Source: Octopus sinensis
Lineage: Eukaryota
DNA length: 64,000 nucleotides
Direction: 5' to 3'
Assembly: GCF_006345805.1 (NCBI RefSeq)
Contig: NC_042999.1
Span: 171,244,001-171,308,000 of the forward strand
Numbering within the stretch: position 1 is the stretch's first letter; each line of letters starts with the position of its first letter. Below the pieces are notes generated by a model. It was not told the origin of the DNA. It ran no database searches and saw only the letters and a list, made by a program, of their open reading frames with translations. The position numbers and the translations under genes were made by a program. Shown piece by piece: positions 1 to 14,545 of the stretch.

Positions 1-641
1 TAGATAGATTGATTTAAAAGTAGGTTTGGAAGAAAATATCTTGGTGCACTTAAAATATACTTACAACATATACAGAGAGATTCTATTACATTAAAAATTA
101 TAAATTTTATTAAAAATTATAAAAAATTTATTGTCGCAGAACTTATGAGCAGACATTTTCGTTTTCCTTTTCAAACAGATTTCACTGTTTTCATTTTTCA
201 AACACACTTGACATGATGCAGTCTCTTCAGAGAAAGTTTCTTTTTAGTAGCATTGTTCACAAACACCGTTTTAGTCGCTGATTTAGATTTCTTCTCAGAT
301 ATATTTCTTTTGCATTTTATAGTTGATCATTTTCTTCTGTATTTTGAAAAACACACTATTTTGAAGTTTCCATATGCACAGATCTTTAGATGTTCCCGCC
401 ATCGATCATTTCAAGTGATGCTCTAAGTTTGAACTGCTTGACCGGTAACTCTCATTGCATAGTAGGCACGTGATGCGGTAAATAAAATTATTTTAACTAG
501 TAAGAAAAATTTTTTTTTAATCACAGATGAAAGCAGAATTTATATTAAGAACTGTTTGTCACCATCTAAACGTTGCTGATCTAAAAGAACAAACGATTTA
601 AACCCCAGCGGAACACCTCCTCCAGTTTATTCAGTACTCCT

Positions 642-863
642 GGCAGAAACGTTAGCGCGCCAGGCGAAATGCTTTGCGGCACTTCGTCTGCCGTTACGTT
701 GTGAGTTCAAATTCCACCGAGGTCGACTTTGCCTTTCATCCTTTCGGGGTCGATAAATTAAGTACCAGTTACGCACTGGGGTCGATGTAATCGACATAAT
801 ACCTGTGTCTGTCCTTATTTGTCCCCTCTATGTTTAGCCCCTTGTGGGTAATAAAGAAATAGG
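642..863 (+). mobile_element. tRNA-derived SINE family A, tail type 1, slightly 5'-truncated, 15-bp TSD
   Basis: A-box-like TGGCAGAAACGTTAG and B-box-like GAGTTCAAATTCC; near-identical to copies at 9548 and 36605; TTATTCAGTACTCCT duplicated at 627-641 and 864-878. Confidence 0.9.
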
Positions 864-2238
864 TTATTCAGTACTCCTCGCGCTCGATATATATTACAAG
901 CGAGGAGAGCAATTCCTAGCATTGTAACTCGAAGACCACCATATTATATGCTTTCAATCTTATTTGATCATCCTTAAGGATAAATACACGTGTACTAGAC
1001 ATATCGATAGTCTACCCCAGCTTTGCTTCTTATATAAATATTACCCACCCCTTCGTTTCCATTGAATATCTTTTGAGCTTTTCCCAGTTCAATTATTTTG
1101 TAAGTTGTACAAAGATGATGTTCCCAGTTTGTTAACCGCTTTGTTTTCTTCAGGTATGAGTTTAACCTTAATAAAAACTCTTTTAACATTTTTTGGTTGT
1201 TAATAATTTGTGATTCTTCAAAAAGATTTGCCGGGTAGTGTACATTTGGCGGTGTTCTTATTTCACAATGTTTATACTACATGAAATGATGCACTTAGCA
1301 ATATTCAACAAAAAATGCCCATTATAATGAAAATCCATTCAAATTCTTTTATACATAACCACCATATTTTCCACTGCGTTATGTATTTGGAAAAGAATAT
1401 GATAACTGAAAAGTGCTAGAAAATATGGCTTTTTTCTGAGCTCCAGATTTGGATGGAAATTGTAGAAAACATCCTCTAATACTTATTGACTTTGCTTACT
1501 CGACCGAATGTACGCATCTGAGAGACATTCCAAAATTACAACAGAAAAGTTACACAGTGTAATAACATAACATCATTTACATGTAATCTGGATTCAAGAG
1601 ACAGTATATCAAGTATGTTTATGCTTTCTGTAAAATTCAGAGAGATTTCAATATGGACTGGCAGTGTAATCTCACTCAGAAACTTGGTCCGGAGGTCTGT
1701 GAAATGCAGTCGTGAAAAGTGAATCAAGAATATTTGCTGAAGTTATGAAGTGATGCACAAAGTAGTGCTGAACCAAAATTACCTATTATGACGCAAATGG
1801 GTTGAAATCACTTCAGTATGCTTCACATGATATCACCGAGTTGCTGCATATCTGTACAATAAGATGTCAGAAGTATATACAATTATTCATCTGCGTGGAA
1901 GACATTGTAGCAAATTATTCTTATCTTACATTCATTTATACGTCTAACACGTGGATTATTGATAACATGATCATATAGAATCTCCAGTAAAAGCACAATC
2001 AACGTACTTCATATAATTATTTTCAAAACAAAATAAAAATGATCTATTCTTATGAAAGGAATCTTCCTGGTGCAACTGAACATTTTAGTCCAGATTCTCA
2101 CAAAAGGCCACTATTTTGGATTTAAATAATTGATTATTATTTTTCCTCATAACCATTAGCCCAGTCATTTAAGTATTTTAATAAATGTGCTTCAATAATA
2201 ATTTACGAAGTTTGGTGTTTTAAGAAAACATAGAGACG

Positions 2239-2423
2239 GAAAGTAGTAGTGGAGGAACTGAAACAGCATCTCGTTGCAAAGAAAGCAAAGTTGGTAAGAT
2301 ACGCCCCAAAGAATGAAGTGTTACCACCAGAATAGGTTATTCGGAGTAGATCAGAAGAGATTCTATAAAGAAGTATATGGAGAGTGTACAGATTAAAAGT
2401 TGATACCAGATAACATTGAAAAT
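2239..2423 (+). repeat. Isolated ~185-bp copy of the RLE-LINE relic segment at 3787-3970
   Basis: Direct alignment by eye shows about 4 differences (three substitutions and one extra C). Confidence 0.9.
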
Positions 2424-2927
2424 TATTTAGTACGCAGACGACATTGAATTCAAAAAAGATTGTACTAATATTCAAATTTTCAGGTTTTGTTCTTGCTATC
2501 TAGATTTTAATAAATTACCTTTTTTTTCATTATTAGATTTAAAGTATATTTTAAAGAAGATTCTTTAGAATATGCCAGCAGTAAGGCCTCACTCTTAGTG
2601 GTCAGTAGATCACACAGAAAAACCGCTTTTTAAAAACTGCCATATCATGAACATGGAAGTAAAATATTTCACTTGGTATGTGTATTGTCGTATTACACTT
2701 CTAAACGAAGTATCAGTGAGTTGCTTACTTTCCACTGTTTCGTTTGCCATTATCAGATCGTAAGCCGTAAGTATTATTGTAATTATTTATTAATAAACAT
2801 GTGCAATTAAGTCTTCTATAACAAATATCAGTTTTGAACTAGAATTTATAATTCCCTTTCATTAAGTGACATGTATATCCCTATTAAAGATGAATACTTT
2901 CGAATTATTATTATTGTTATCATTATT

Positions 2928-3000
2928 TCGTTCTGAGTTGAATTTCCACCGAGGTCGACTTTGCCTGTCATACTAACGAAGTCGATGAAATGAGTACCAG
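2928..3000 (+). mobile_element. SINE family A internal fragment
   Basis: GTTCTGAGTTGAATTTCCACCGAGGTCGACTTTGCC...GTCGATGAAATGAGTACCAG matches the family A core. Confidence 0.7.
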
Positions 3001-3039
3001 ATATAGATGGAGCAAGCAAATTAATGCTGTATTCATGGA

Positions 3040-5085
3040 GTGTTAATAACTGAGCAGCCCGGTAGAGGAAAATGGTGCTCAAATTAGGGGTTAACGTCAA
3101 CGTATGTATGATCATTGGAGAGAAAAAGGTTTGTTTCAACTCACACAGAGAATATGTGATCAAGCTAGGGCAATAAGAAAGAATTGTTCGTTCACAAAAT
3201 TAGAGATCGAAGCTGTCAAACGACGGATCATGGAAAATTACAGCAGAGATGACAATGAAAATACAGTTCTTATTAATAAGAGTAGTCTCATAGCACAGGA
3301 AAGGATTAGTGGTAGTATACTTGATGAGATGCATATAGATTATCTAAAAGAAGACAATAAAACTAATGCCGACATGACAGATGAACAATAGGCAATCTAC
3401 GACAGAATAAAGGTCAGACTACAGGAGAGCAATTGCGACATTATTTGCAACCTTAAAAAGGTTGATCGATGGAAATTGAACCAAGAAACGAAAAATGACT
3501 ATGAAATTCTGAAATACATCAGAACAAACAACATCACAGAAACAAATAATTTGATCAAGGCAGCAAGTAATGTTGTTGCAGAAAATGTGGGTGTTAATGT
3601 CAAGTAAAAGAAATATAATGGGAGTGACAAGCGGAAAAAGCCATGGTGGAAAAGAAGAATCCAGGCAGGGTTAGACATGCTCTCGAAGGAAATCTCTGTG
3701 TTTGACCGAAAAGAGAAAGGGGAGCTGAAAAGCGAACAAAAATACAGGGCACTGTAAAGGGAGTATAATATTGAAAGAAAGGCCCTGAAAGTAGTAGTGG
3801 AGGAACTGAAACAGCATCTCGTTGCAAAGAAAGCAACGTTGGTAAGATACGCCCAAAGAATGAAGTGTTACCACCAGAATAGGTTATTCGGAGTAGACCA
3901 GAAGAGATTCTATAAAGAAGTATATGGAGAGTGTACAGATTAAAAGTTGATACCAAATAACATTGAAAATCAAATGTGTTGGAGTGACATCTTGAGCAAA
4001 GACAAGGAACACAAGAAAGATGCTGAATGTTTGCAAGAACTGAAACAAACAATAGTCTGTCCAAAACGGTTAGGGAAGTGAAGGAAATCAGCAAAAAAAT
4101 GTGCAACCGGATGGCCCCTGGACCAGATGGAGGTCAAGGTTGATTTGGTGAATGTCATGCACGTATAGCTGCGCAAATCAACACTTTATTAAATGCTGAC
4201 CAAGTAACATCAGAGTGGTTGACATTGGGTAGGACAGTGCTGTGCCTGAAAAACATAGAAACAGGCAATACGGTAGACAATTATAGGCGGACTGCCTGAT
4301 TCCAATGATCTTTGCACTCTGCTTGATACCACTGAGGAAAGCAAAAGCTGGGTATGTATTCAAAGCCGCCAAAAAAATCAACCACTATTATTCATGGATG
4401 ACCTCAAACTCTATGGTAAAGATGAAGCCCAAGTCAGTTCCTTCATTGATGCGGTGTACACCTTCAATGCTGATATCAGAATGCAGTACGGATTGAGTGT
4501 GGCAAAAGAAAATGTATGGACGGGCTAACGTTAACGCCGGGGGAGGTTATGAAGCAGATAGAAGAAACGGGATATAAGTACTTGGGGATTTTGGATATGG
4601 ATCAATTGATTGGGAAAGAAATGAGAGGACAATTTAAGGTGGGGTACCTGCGCGGACAATGACTGATCGTTAAGTCGAAATTAAACGGACGGAATAAGAT
4701 CGAGGCTTTCAACACCTGAGCGGTTTCACTCCTTAGATATGGAGCAGGAGTAATCGCATGGACAGTAGACGAACTAAACAGTTTAGATAGAAGGACAAGG
4801 AAGTTGCTAACCAGATGTGGGTCACTCCACCCAAAAAGTTATGCACCACGAAAATGTGGTGAAGAGGACTTTTTGGATGCGAACACAGGATTAGAGCACA
4901 AGAAAACAACACAGTATGGTATGTAAAAAATGCCACAGAACCGCTATTACTAAGTCAGGCTTGTGTAGAATGAAAGATTGCGAAGTTAAAGCACGATACA
5001 AGAAATTGAAAACGAATGAAACTGAAAATAAATGGGTAAAGAAAAGAATGCATGGTCAATTTCATAGAGATGTTGAAGATAAGAG
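3040..5085 (+). mobile_element. Degenerate RLE-type non-LTR retrotransposon (R4/Dong-like), N-terminal region + RT, internally deleted
   Basis: Broken frames retain RQRMYDHWREKG..QRICDQARAIRKN, KPWWKRRI, RYAQRMKCYHQNRLFGVDQKRFY, PGPDG, WLTLGRTVL, LLFMDDLKLYG, YKYLGI, KSKLNG.NKI, LRYGAG, LDRRTRKLL; many stops and frameshifts. Confidence 0.8.
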
Positions 5086-5119
5086 AAAGTAAGAAAAAAG
5101 ATTTCATTAGCCTTTATGC

Positions 5120-5265
5120 TTGAATACAAATTCCGCCGAGGTTATCTATCCCTTCAATTTTTCGGCGTAGATAAAATAAAGTACCTATTGTGTATTGCGG
5201 TCGATGTAATAGACTTATCCCTTCCTCCACACATGCCGGCCTCGTTCCAAAATTTGAAACCGCAA
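5120..5265 (+). mobile_element. SINE family A, tail type 2, diverged and 5'-truncated
   Basis: AAATTCCGCCGAGG...GATAAAATAAAGTACC...GTCGATGTAATAGACTT followed by GCCGGCCTCGTTCCAAAATTTGAAACC. Confidence 0.7.
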
Positions 5266-8200
5266 TCATTTTAGACAATGTTTTTCTTTTTATCCACAGT
5301 GAAGATACAGACAATAAATATATACAGTAATTTTTCCACACAACAATACATAATTAGTTTACAACATATTTATCATATAACTCTATAAAGTTGCCAGAGA
5401 TTTTAATGGTTTACATTATTACCTATACTTCATAATTAATCTAGATTAATTTAAATTGTTGTCATATATATTCAAGTTAATTTTTATCTTTTAATTTCTA
5501 ATATGTCAGTTTGATGTAGAAATAAAAATTGAGTTTAAGCCTAGTTCGTAAATTTATGATATAATAACGGGAGTTAATAATAATAAATGACCGAATAAAA
5601 AATTCTTGGACACCATAGAAAATCTAAAACTGTTATTAAAATAAAAATAGCTGCTACTTGTTTTAAATGTCTTTTTTTAAAGTAACCAAACATTTTGTGA
5701 TCAGAGGGTTAATACTAAATTAATGAATGTAATTAAATCCTACAATTTATAGAACAATGGAGCAAATTGCATTATAAAATGAAAGAGATACTTGCTTATG
5801 AAATAAAGTGAAAAAAAATGAACTATAGAAATGAGGAACGGGAGAGAGTTTTATACATCAATGTGAAGGATCGTGTTTCCTATCACATACTTGTACATCA
5901 GGTAGAAACAAATTAAACTATAACCTCAAATCCTATTCAAGATGATATTAGCTGCATTCCTAAATATACTTATTCACTTGGTAACCCGTAGTATAGAAAT
6001 CAATTTCAGACTTATTATTTTCGAAACATTTGAATGCTTCAGAACTAAATAATAAATCAATTGGGGAGACATTCTCAAATATCCCTTTCAGAATATTCAT
6101 CTATCTCTTAAATTCAGAAGAGCGCTTGTTTATATTTAGCAGGTACATATCTTTAAGCTTATTTTTATATTTAATGGATCACCAATTACCATTTTCTTGA
6201 CATCAGTTAAGAAGAAATAGTCATTTAGATACTTTACGGATTCCAAGAACCCATAGAAGGGGCTTATTTTGATTGGCAACAAAAGAATAAGACTACAAAA
6301 AGCATCCGCTATAGTTAGTGTTTGCTTTCTCTTATCTTCGCACAATTTAGTGTTGTTTTCCATTTTCATGCGTTAGTTTTGGTGCTGTTTTTCTTGTATA
6401 AAATGTCTCCCCAGAGCTTGCTATGTTACCAAACGCCTTTCAGTAGTCAATGCAGTGAATGGTTTCATTCGTTTTCCAATCTCCTAAAATTATTTTGTTC
6501 AGTATTTGCTACACTTCATGCCCATACATGTCCTTACGCATTTACCTGTTACCCAGTGTTAAGTTATTATTTTTTGGCAGATGAGTAATCAGCTGATTAT
6601 TGGGCATGGGTGAACCGATCTTGTATTAGATCTTGTATTATAACTTTGTGAGTACTCACCAGAGGTCAAATATATAGCCACGTTAGTGTGTATGCAAACA
6701 TATTAAATTTTTCCGTCTTCTATTCGTAGACATTAGTTATTCGTTTCTGTCAGAATATTGTACCTTACCACTAATATTTGGCACTTTCATCGACAACAAA
6801 GTTTAAAACATAGCATGGTAAGAAATCTCTTTTGTATTACAAAGATTGAATTGACCACTGTGTGGTAGGATTTATCTATTATCGGTGGTCAGTAGTTTGA
6901 AATACATCAGATTTACCTATCGGTTAGGGCAACGAATATGTATAGCAATAATCAGTAGCAGAGGTGTTCTCTCTATTTATCCTATGTCAGTTATTCCTAT
7001 GAAAAATTTTGTATATACTTCAGCAGCAACAACCTATCAAAGCTGGAGCTTGTAACATTTTAGACCATACTATCGGATAACTGTCTCTAATCTCACCGTT
7101 AAACCTGAAATGCTGAGTAAGGGAGCTTAGTATTTGACATTTAATTTATTGTCTCGAACGCAAAATGTATGAAACGCATTCATGATATCAGTGGAATTCG
7201 AAAACAGAATGCACATGTCCGGAACAAATAACACCTATTTTTCCAATATTCTAGCAATTCTTCCAAGTGAATCACGCTTGATGATAAGAAAAATAGCAAT
7301 AAAAGAACGTCAGCAAGCATTATCATTTTTATTATATTTGTGATGTTTTTCCATTTGCGCGTTTGTGAAATGCGAGAGCAATATAAATAATTGATTAAAT
7401 ATGCTATATTATTTTTATGCTTTTAATATCGACCAAGTTTTAGAAATGCACAAATTAATTACAAAAATATGCATGTGAATACCTGTTTTTAGATATTATA
7501 TATGATTGACTTCATGTAATATAGGGCCCAAAGAAGTCAAATGGGTTTACACTTGTAAGTATATTGATCTAATGCTATTATTCATATGCGATCAGTATGA
7601 AATCGTCATTAGGGCTTGTATAAAATAAATTATTTAAAATAATAAAGAAGATGAAATGTAATCCTATCAAGCCACCATCTGTTCTATTCACTGAGTGGAT
7701 TGATATTGAAGTGCTTCAGTGGCAAGTATTTGAAAGCAATTCCTTCTGTATTGATTTTCATTTTTAAAACAAAGAACATAACATCAATTTACTAGATTAC
7801 AGTTGAGCTTAAGTCAATATAAGTTTAATACAATTTATTTTCAATTTCTTATTGTGATGCCTTACAAAGCACGTTCGCAATTCACGTACGTTTTACCAAC
7901 GCATACCCACACACACACACGTTATATATATATATTTACATGCGTGTGTATGTGTGTGTATGAGTGTGAGTAGGATGTATGTATATCATATATTCCCATA
8001 TGTGCTTGGCAACTCAATCAGTTACACACATATACAATACTCATGTTGTCCACTATGATTGTTTTCACAAAGAATCTCTACAGATGTTAATGTAATTTTT
8101 CTAATGTTTCCAGAGCAATTTAATTTATTTAAAACATTTCCAAATTTTCAAATTCAACACATTTTGCCCGGTAGTCTGGGTCAATTTTTGTTATTTGTTC

Positions 8201-9547
8201 TTTCGTGAACTTTTTTTCTGCTTTACTGCTTTGCTAGTTTGTTTAATTCTTTTGTAATTTTTTTTTATTAGTTTCTAGTTTCATTGTATTTAAATCCGAT
8301 TTTCTTTGATTTCAATCTCTTTCTCGAGAATGGTTCTATTGTTGTGGTTTCTTTTTCTATAGCATTTATGTTCTTTGTAATTACATTGCCGTCAGCTTAT
8401 GCTCCAGCAACTCTCGTATTCTAATTTAAACATAAGATTTCTTTACTAGTTGTGACTCATACAATGTTGTATTGCATGATGTTGCCAAGTAAATGTATAT
8501 CTGAATCGATTACATTTCATTCCCTTCGAAGCTTCTTACGTTTTGATCTCCTTAATATTAGGTGGCTCCGCTCACAATCTATCCTAATTGGAAGAGAATT
8601 GCAGTGGAAAATATATTTTTCGATCGTTTAACATTTTTTAATATTGAAATTAAGAAAAAATATCAAATATTTTTCCCGAAGAGAAAACTTGAATTCAATT
8701 AATGTGCAATTGCATTAGCTGTGGGTCTTTCAAATAAGTTTTAAATCAGTTTTGCTTCAAACGAAAAACAAAACACAAAAATAACGAAATAAACAAAGAG
8801 TATCAGAACGCAAAATTGACGATTCAAGCGATTTGAAATTGGATTCTTTATGCTACAATTACTGTTTTTAACTGAATGAATAATACAAAACTACGTGATT
8901 AATTTCTTGCGTAATTCTATAGTCATGTGTCGGCACAAGTGAATCCAAAATATGTCAAATCTTTCATGGTTATATATTTATTATTGAAATATGAATGTGC
9001 TTAACATAAAATGATACGCATATTTCTAGGGCGCCTAGAGAAGGAAATGTTGCCGTACTTTCTCGAGGAAACAATTTAGATTTTATTTCTACTTGAAGGT
9101 TCATTCGAAAAAGTGACCATTGTAACGTACACTTCCAACCAACAGATTTGGGGAACTACTTAAACGAAACTGACATTCAACGTTCAATAAATGTTCTGAG
9201 ATGTTGTTTTATGTCGACTTCAATGACTTAGCAATAATTTGCTTGGTCTATTTATTAGCATAAATGAACACATATTTTACATGTTTGTACATCAGTTAAA
9301 AACTGAGAGCACTCCAGATCTAATAAGAAAATAATTGATGTAAAGTGATTAATTCCTATAGATAATATTCGTGAACGATGAGATACTGTGTCAAATTCTT
9401 CAGTATAATGCCTTCAAGATCAGATACTTTGATAAACACTATTTTCCTAAAATCATATATTTTGTGGTATATATTCAGACGACGTGACGAAAAGAATAAC
9501 CGTACCCAGGTGGTTCGAGATTACAAATTATATCCCACTACATGTAG

Positions 9548-9769
9548 GGGGCGGCGAGCTGGCAGAAACGTTAGCACGCCGGGCGAAATGCGTAGCCTTA
9601 TTTCGTCTGTCGTTACGTTCTGAGTTCAGGTCGACTTTGCCTTTCATCCTTTCGGGGTCGATAAATTAAGTACCAGTTACGCACTGGGGTCGATGTAATC
9701 GACTTAATCCGTTTGTCTGTCCTTGTTTGTCCCCTATGTGTTTAGCCCGTTGTGGGTAGTAAAGAAATA
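9548..9769 (+). mobile_element. SINE family A, tail type 1, full length, 11-bp deletion in the B-box, 21-bp TSD
   Basis: GGCGGCGAGCTGGCAGAAACGTTAG head; AAATTCCGCCG missing; TATATCCCACTACatgTAGGG (9529-9549) versus TATATCCCACTACctcTAGGG (9770-9790). Confidence 0.92.
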
Positions 9770-11044
9770 TATATCCCACTACCTCTAGGGATATTCTCGG
9801 ACTATATCTAAAGTTCAAAATTTACAAATCACAGAGAATTTCATATCATGCTCGCACCAAGTAAATGAAGATGCACCTATTTTGTGTCTCTATAACGCAT
9901 TATGTATATGGCAGTATTTATTGAGATTTTACAAAATTTACCATGCATAACTTATACAAATTATAGACTTCATGATAAACACAGAAAAAAATGATAAATT
10001 GTTTTACACCACTCAACTCGCACGCACGCGCGCGCGGGCACACACGCACGCACACACACATACACACACACAAACGTGTGTATTTAAATTATATGCTATT
10101 TATAAGTTAGATTGTGCTATGCGCGTGTGATGACAAATTGCTCTTCACAGAAAATTACTAGAATTTCGAGAAAGAGTGACCGAAATGTAATAAAATCCAC
10201 AGAAGTAAATATAGGTCTCTATAAAGAAATATGTTTTTGTGTTTGTGTGTAAACATGCGTGTAAAGTGTTTGCGTACAATTGATGCATTTTTTTTTTTGT
10301 TAAGAAATTAATCTAGAAATTGTTTAATTTATCATCTCACTGTAGATTATTTTGTTTTATTCTGTTGACAGCATACATAGTTTTTCCTTAACTCTTGCCG
10401 GCAGTGTGTCCTTTATCGATCCGTACTACAATTGTGAAAAAGTAGTATGGTTTTTCCTGGAACATGTAGAAATTACTGTGGAAATGTAAGACTGATAACT
10501 GCAGAGGTTTAGAAGCTGAGCTATGCCTCTAATGATTCACCGTCAGTGAAGGGATTGTATTGATGCTAGTATTCCAACTATCTGCGACAAAGTAAGCATA
10601 TTGACATAGCAACTAAACACAATTTAATTGATTTTATTTCGCCTTTCAGTAAATCACCGGTCATGAAACGACATGGTTAACACCCAACAAATGTTCGTTC
10701 TTTATGAGTTGCGATTCACTGTAAATAGAACATATGTTTTATACTACATATATTTTATAGATCTTGTTCCATAGGTTTCAAACGAGTGAGAGCAAAGTCA
10801 CATGAACTACTTTATAACTAATTACTTTAATCTATGCTCTTTTTCCGGTTAATGGTTTCAAAAAAGGATGGAATGAGTTTATGATGTGCATTCAAAATTT
10901 ATCCGTCATTACTTTTTCTCGCCAAAGCTAATGCCACTGGACAAAATCATTTCGGCTGGGGGTGAGGGCAGCCTTCTTATACAGCGGTAGTTTTCATCGG
11001 TTTCCGGCTTTTACGCCTTGAGTAAAAACATGTTATGCGCGTTG

Positions 11045-11492
11045 GTTGAATTTTGTTTTCATGGAAGATGACCGAACGCATCTACCAGTGACCATAAATC
11101 CAAGTCTCATCATCAGTCATTATGGTTTTCATGAAGCCTGTATCGTGATTTGCACTGTTCGACATTTGCACTGAACAAATTTTCATGCGGAGTTGCAACT
11201 GTAGATACGCCAGCGCCCTGGGCAAGAATTTCGCCGACACTCTGCGTGCGCAAATCCTCCGTTGAAACGGAATGCACTGATTCCACTTCGTAAACAATTT
11301 CCTGGATTGTCACCTAATGGTCTATTTGCCGAATCTCCTTAATCGGCTCCTTGTTTCAGCTTGTGGATCTGAGTTTTTGCCGTGGTATCATCGCCAAAGG
11401 CCTGCTGGATCTTCTGGGTGGTTTCAGGTTGAGTATCACTAAACTTTTAATTAAATTTGATACAATATCTCTGCTCGATGCATTCGGTTAAA
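11045..11492 (-). mobile_element. Degenerate mariner (Tc1/mariner) transposase relic
   Basis: Minus-strand frames give TECIEQRYCIK...TTQKIQQAFGDD (HTH region), RRVSAKFLPRAL (WVP(R/H)xL-equivalent) and FMKTIMTDDETWIYG (first catalytic D motif); frameshifted and internally deleted; no TIR pair identified. Confidence 0.75.
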
Positions 11493-12334
11493 AGGAAAAT
11501 CTGATGAGCATGCACTATACATCTCTACTCTGAGCGACACGTAGACAGAGATAGAGTATATAATAACGCCAGTCTAGAAAGTTATCTCTATAAATTTTAT
11601 ATAATGGCTTCAACAAAGAGTGATTCAAAGCATATTTTCATCGATGATCTTACATTTAAGAAACACGAAAGAAACTTTGCTGCAAAGCTTCTCCAATTCA
11701 ATTGACTTTGAATTAATCCAGGATTTGCGTTGTTTAAAATCCAATAGTAAATAATTGTATATGTAGTCTTTGTCTATTTTCTTTAACAGTTTAAATGAAA
11801 CAATACGGAGATTATAGCAAGACGACATTGGAAGAAATATTCGTTGAGATATGTTACTCCCTCTCACTTTAAAATTATACGTCACCAAATGACTGACTGA
11901 GGCAGTAAACTTCATAAAATATAGAATGAAATGGTGTTTCGTAGATATATTATCTCTGAACTCACAAGAATCTAAATACAATTCAAAGAGAGTTATTTCC
12001 CTCACACTGATATATCATACATGTATGCAGTTAGCATCATGTATTATTTAGGCTCTCGATATACGTATAAATTGATTTTTATGTAATAGTGTTTATGATT
12101 TCTATGTTATGCAAATTTCTTCTTTTCACTTTTGCAATAACTCATACGAACTTTATTGTTTAAACATCGCGTACACCTAACATTAATAATAAACATAATA
12201 ATCTCTCTTGTCAGGAAAATAGTTCGCTTATAGTTTTGTAGACTTCTATTGTACACACACAAAAAAAACGATACCTACAAACATATATGCACACATTTAA
12301 ACATCTAACAACACACACATTAGTGTGTGACAGT

Positions 12335-12337
12335 GAC

Positions 12338-12381
<44 letters not shown>

Positions 12382-12450
12382 TGCGTGTGAGAGAGAGGAG
12401 GGAAGATATACAAAGAAAGGAAGAGGGAAAGCGAGAGAGAGAGAGAGAGA
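12335..12450. repeat. (GA)n microsatellite cluster
   Basis: Direct reading; explains the ERERER/LSLSLS ORFs. Confidence 0.95.
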
Positions 12451-13887
12451 GCAGTGGATCATCAGCTCACTATAGCATGTTGCTCTCTATACTGATATAC
12501 TTCTCTGTATCTTTCTGTTTCTCTTTGTAGCTTTATCATCCCTTCCTCTTTTGTATTTCTTCTATGGTAATGTCTACATCATGCGTGTGTGTGTGTGTGT
12601 GATTGTGTGTATGTATTCAGAAGGACTTATACATTTAGAAGAAAACACACACGTTCACACACCTATATTTACATACGTTCACTGTATTTTTCGATACGAT
12701 CCTCATTGATGTAGGTTTCAAAGTTTTCAGTATTTCCCCGAAGTTTACATAAGTAATATATCTGAGAAGCCTGTGGCTTTAATAAATCTATAACAGTGAT
12801 TCAGTGAATAGATGTTCAACTGACCAATAACGTCAAGTCACGTCTAAATATTGAACAAGGTATTTGTTATATTATGTCTAATCCAATAAAAATATCATGT
12901 TGATATTTTGCGTCCAAAATAGAAATGTAATTAAAATTCTTTTCTGACGTGGCTTGGCAAGAATACTAACTTTACCGAATTACAGAGCAACATTTCCAAT
13001 AGTGCACAAGAGTAAACATGATTGCCGTTAGGTGGCACATAAATTTTAGAGGACTGGATTCTGATTAATTGAATGATTCTGCTTTGTGCGTTCAAGTTGC
13101 ATTACTTTCTAATTTATTTTTCCTGCAACCATAAATTTGGAACAAAGATAGACAATCTTAAATCTAACGCTAAATTCCATACAAGGTATGACTTCACAGT
13201 ACTCTCTCTGATTTGAAGCACATTAATCCAAGAACTAAAATATATTGGTCTTATTCGTCAATAAAATGCAGTTATTTGTGCCTATACATTACCAGTGAAG
13301 CGATACACCATAAGCTGTATCATTAGCATTACTATGATAATAAGGTTCTTCGTTATTTGCACAAACTGTGAATATCGCATGCAGGTATTTTGTTGCATAT
13401 GAATTTATATTTATAGCACGAAGAATCCCAGTTCACAACATAAGAAAAACGAAAATATTGACCACAAACTAAATCTCAAATGGAAGAAGTTCACGCTATT
13501 AGTACACTAGGGGTTTATTTCTAATTTTATATTCCCTTAGATTATCCACATCTAGTGAAAGAAGGAGCATAGTGAACTTATTGTAAACTACTGAAATTTA
13601 TCTCGCATAATAGAAGTACTGTTTTATAGCATCATTTTGTATACATGATGTCAACTATAGAATATGTATATATTTGTATCAAACCGTAGTATGTACTTTA
13701 AAACGATAAATATATATATTTTTATATAAATGTGAACAAAATATTTGCGTTCTGTTAGAGTCCACTGCATAGTCATTTTGTAAATTAGGTTTTTCTACAA
13801 TTATACATATCTGCATTTCCGTTGTATTTCCATGAAAGGCAATAAATGAAATGTTTATTTAACTATATCAAATATGACCTGCATTGA

Positions 13888-14095
13888 AAGCGGCCAGTTG
13901 GCAAAATCCTTCGCACGCCAGGAAAAATTCTTACCGGAGTTTCATCTGTCATTACATTCGGAGTGGAGATTCCGCCGAGGTAAACTTTGCCTTTCATATT
14001 TTCAGAGTCGATTAAATAAATACCAGTTGTGGACTGAGGTCGGGGTAATTGCCTTCTCCCTCACCTCCAAATACCGATCTTGTATTAAAATAGTA
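13888..14095 (+). mobile_element. SINE family A, tail type 2, old diverged copy
   Basis: GCGGCCAGTTGGCAAAATCCTTCGCACGCCAGG head; GATTCCGCCGAGGTAAACTTTGCCTTTCAT core. Confidence 0.75.
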
Positions 14096-14419
14096 CCAAA
14101 TAAACAGCGGAGCGTGAAGCAGTCCAACGCCACTACACTAAGAAGAATGAAACAATGAAGCGGGTGAGCTACGTTGACAAAACTGCAACTTTATTCCCTG
14201 GAGCGAAGGCGCGAGAGATACGCAAGAATCTATATATGGAAAACACTAGAGGTGCTATTACATAATTTCGGCATTAGTATAACGTTATACTAAGTATTTT
14301 AGTTTTTATTACTGTTTTCAACAGTTACAATGCTTTATATAGTTGCTTTCTTATTGTTTAAGATAGTTTTCCCTTTAAACGGAGCTTGACGCAAACTTCT
14401 CAAACATCTCAAACATTAT

Positions 14420-14545
14420 TATTATTGGAAAAAAATTCAGTCTTACACCTATTTTTGAGATATCCCAGCGTATGAGATATTCCGTCATCAGAGAGAAATA
14501 GGGAAAATGAGAAGAGTAGATATTAATGAAATGACGGAAGAGAGG
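14420..14545 (+). repeat. Unclassified dispersed repeat, homologous to ~27390-27520
   Basis: Shared ATTATTATTG(G)AAAAA..TTC..AGTCTTAC...GAGTATG(A/G)GATATTCCGT(C/A)ATCA...AAAATGAGAA.G.TA.ATATT.ATGA.ATGAC. Confidence 0.65.

Noticed and set aside
100-1500. Possible hAT/BED-finger remnant on the minus strand (SSNLEHHLK)
   Set aside because: One weak motif, no catalytic motifs or TIRs.
8720-8760. GGGTCTTTCAAATAAGTT resembling a mariner TIR
   Set aside because: No matching inverted partner found.
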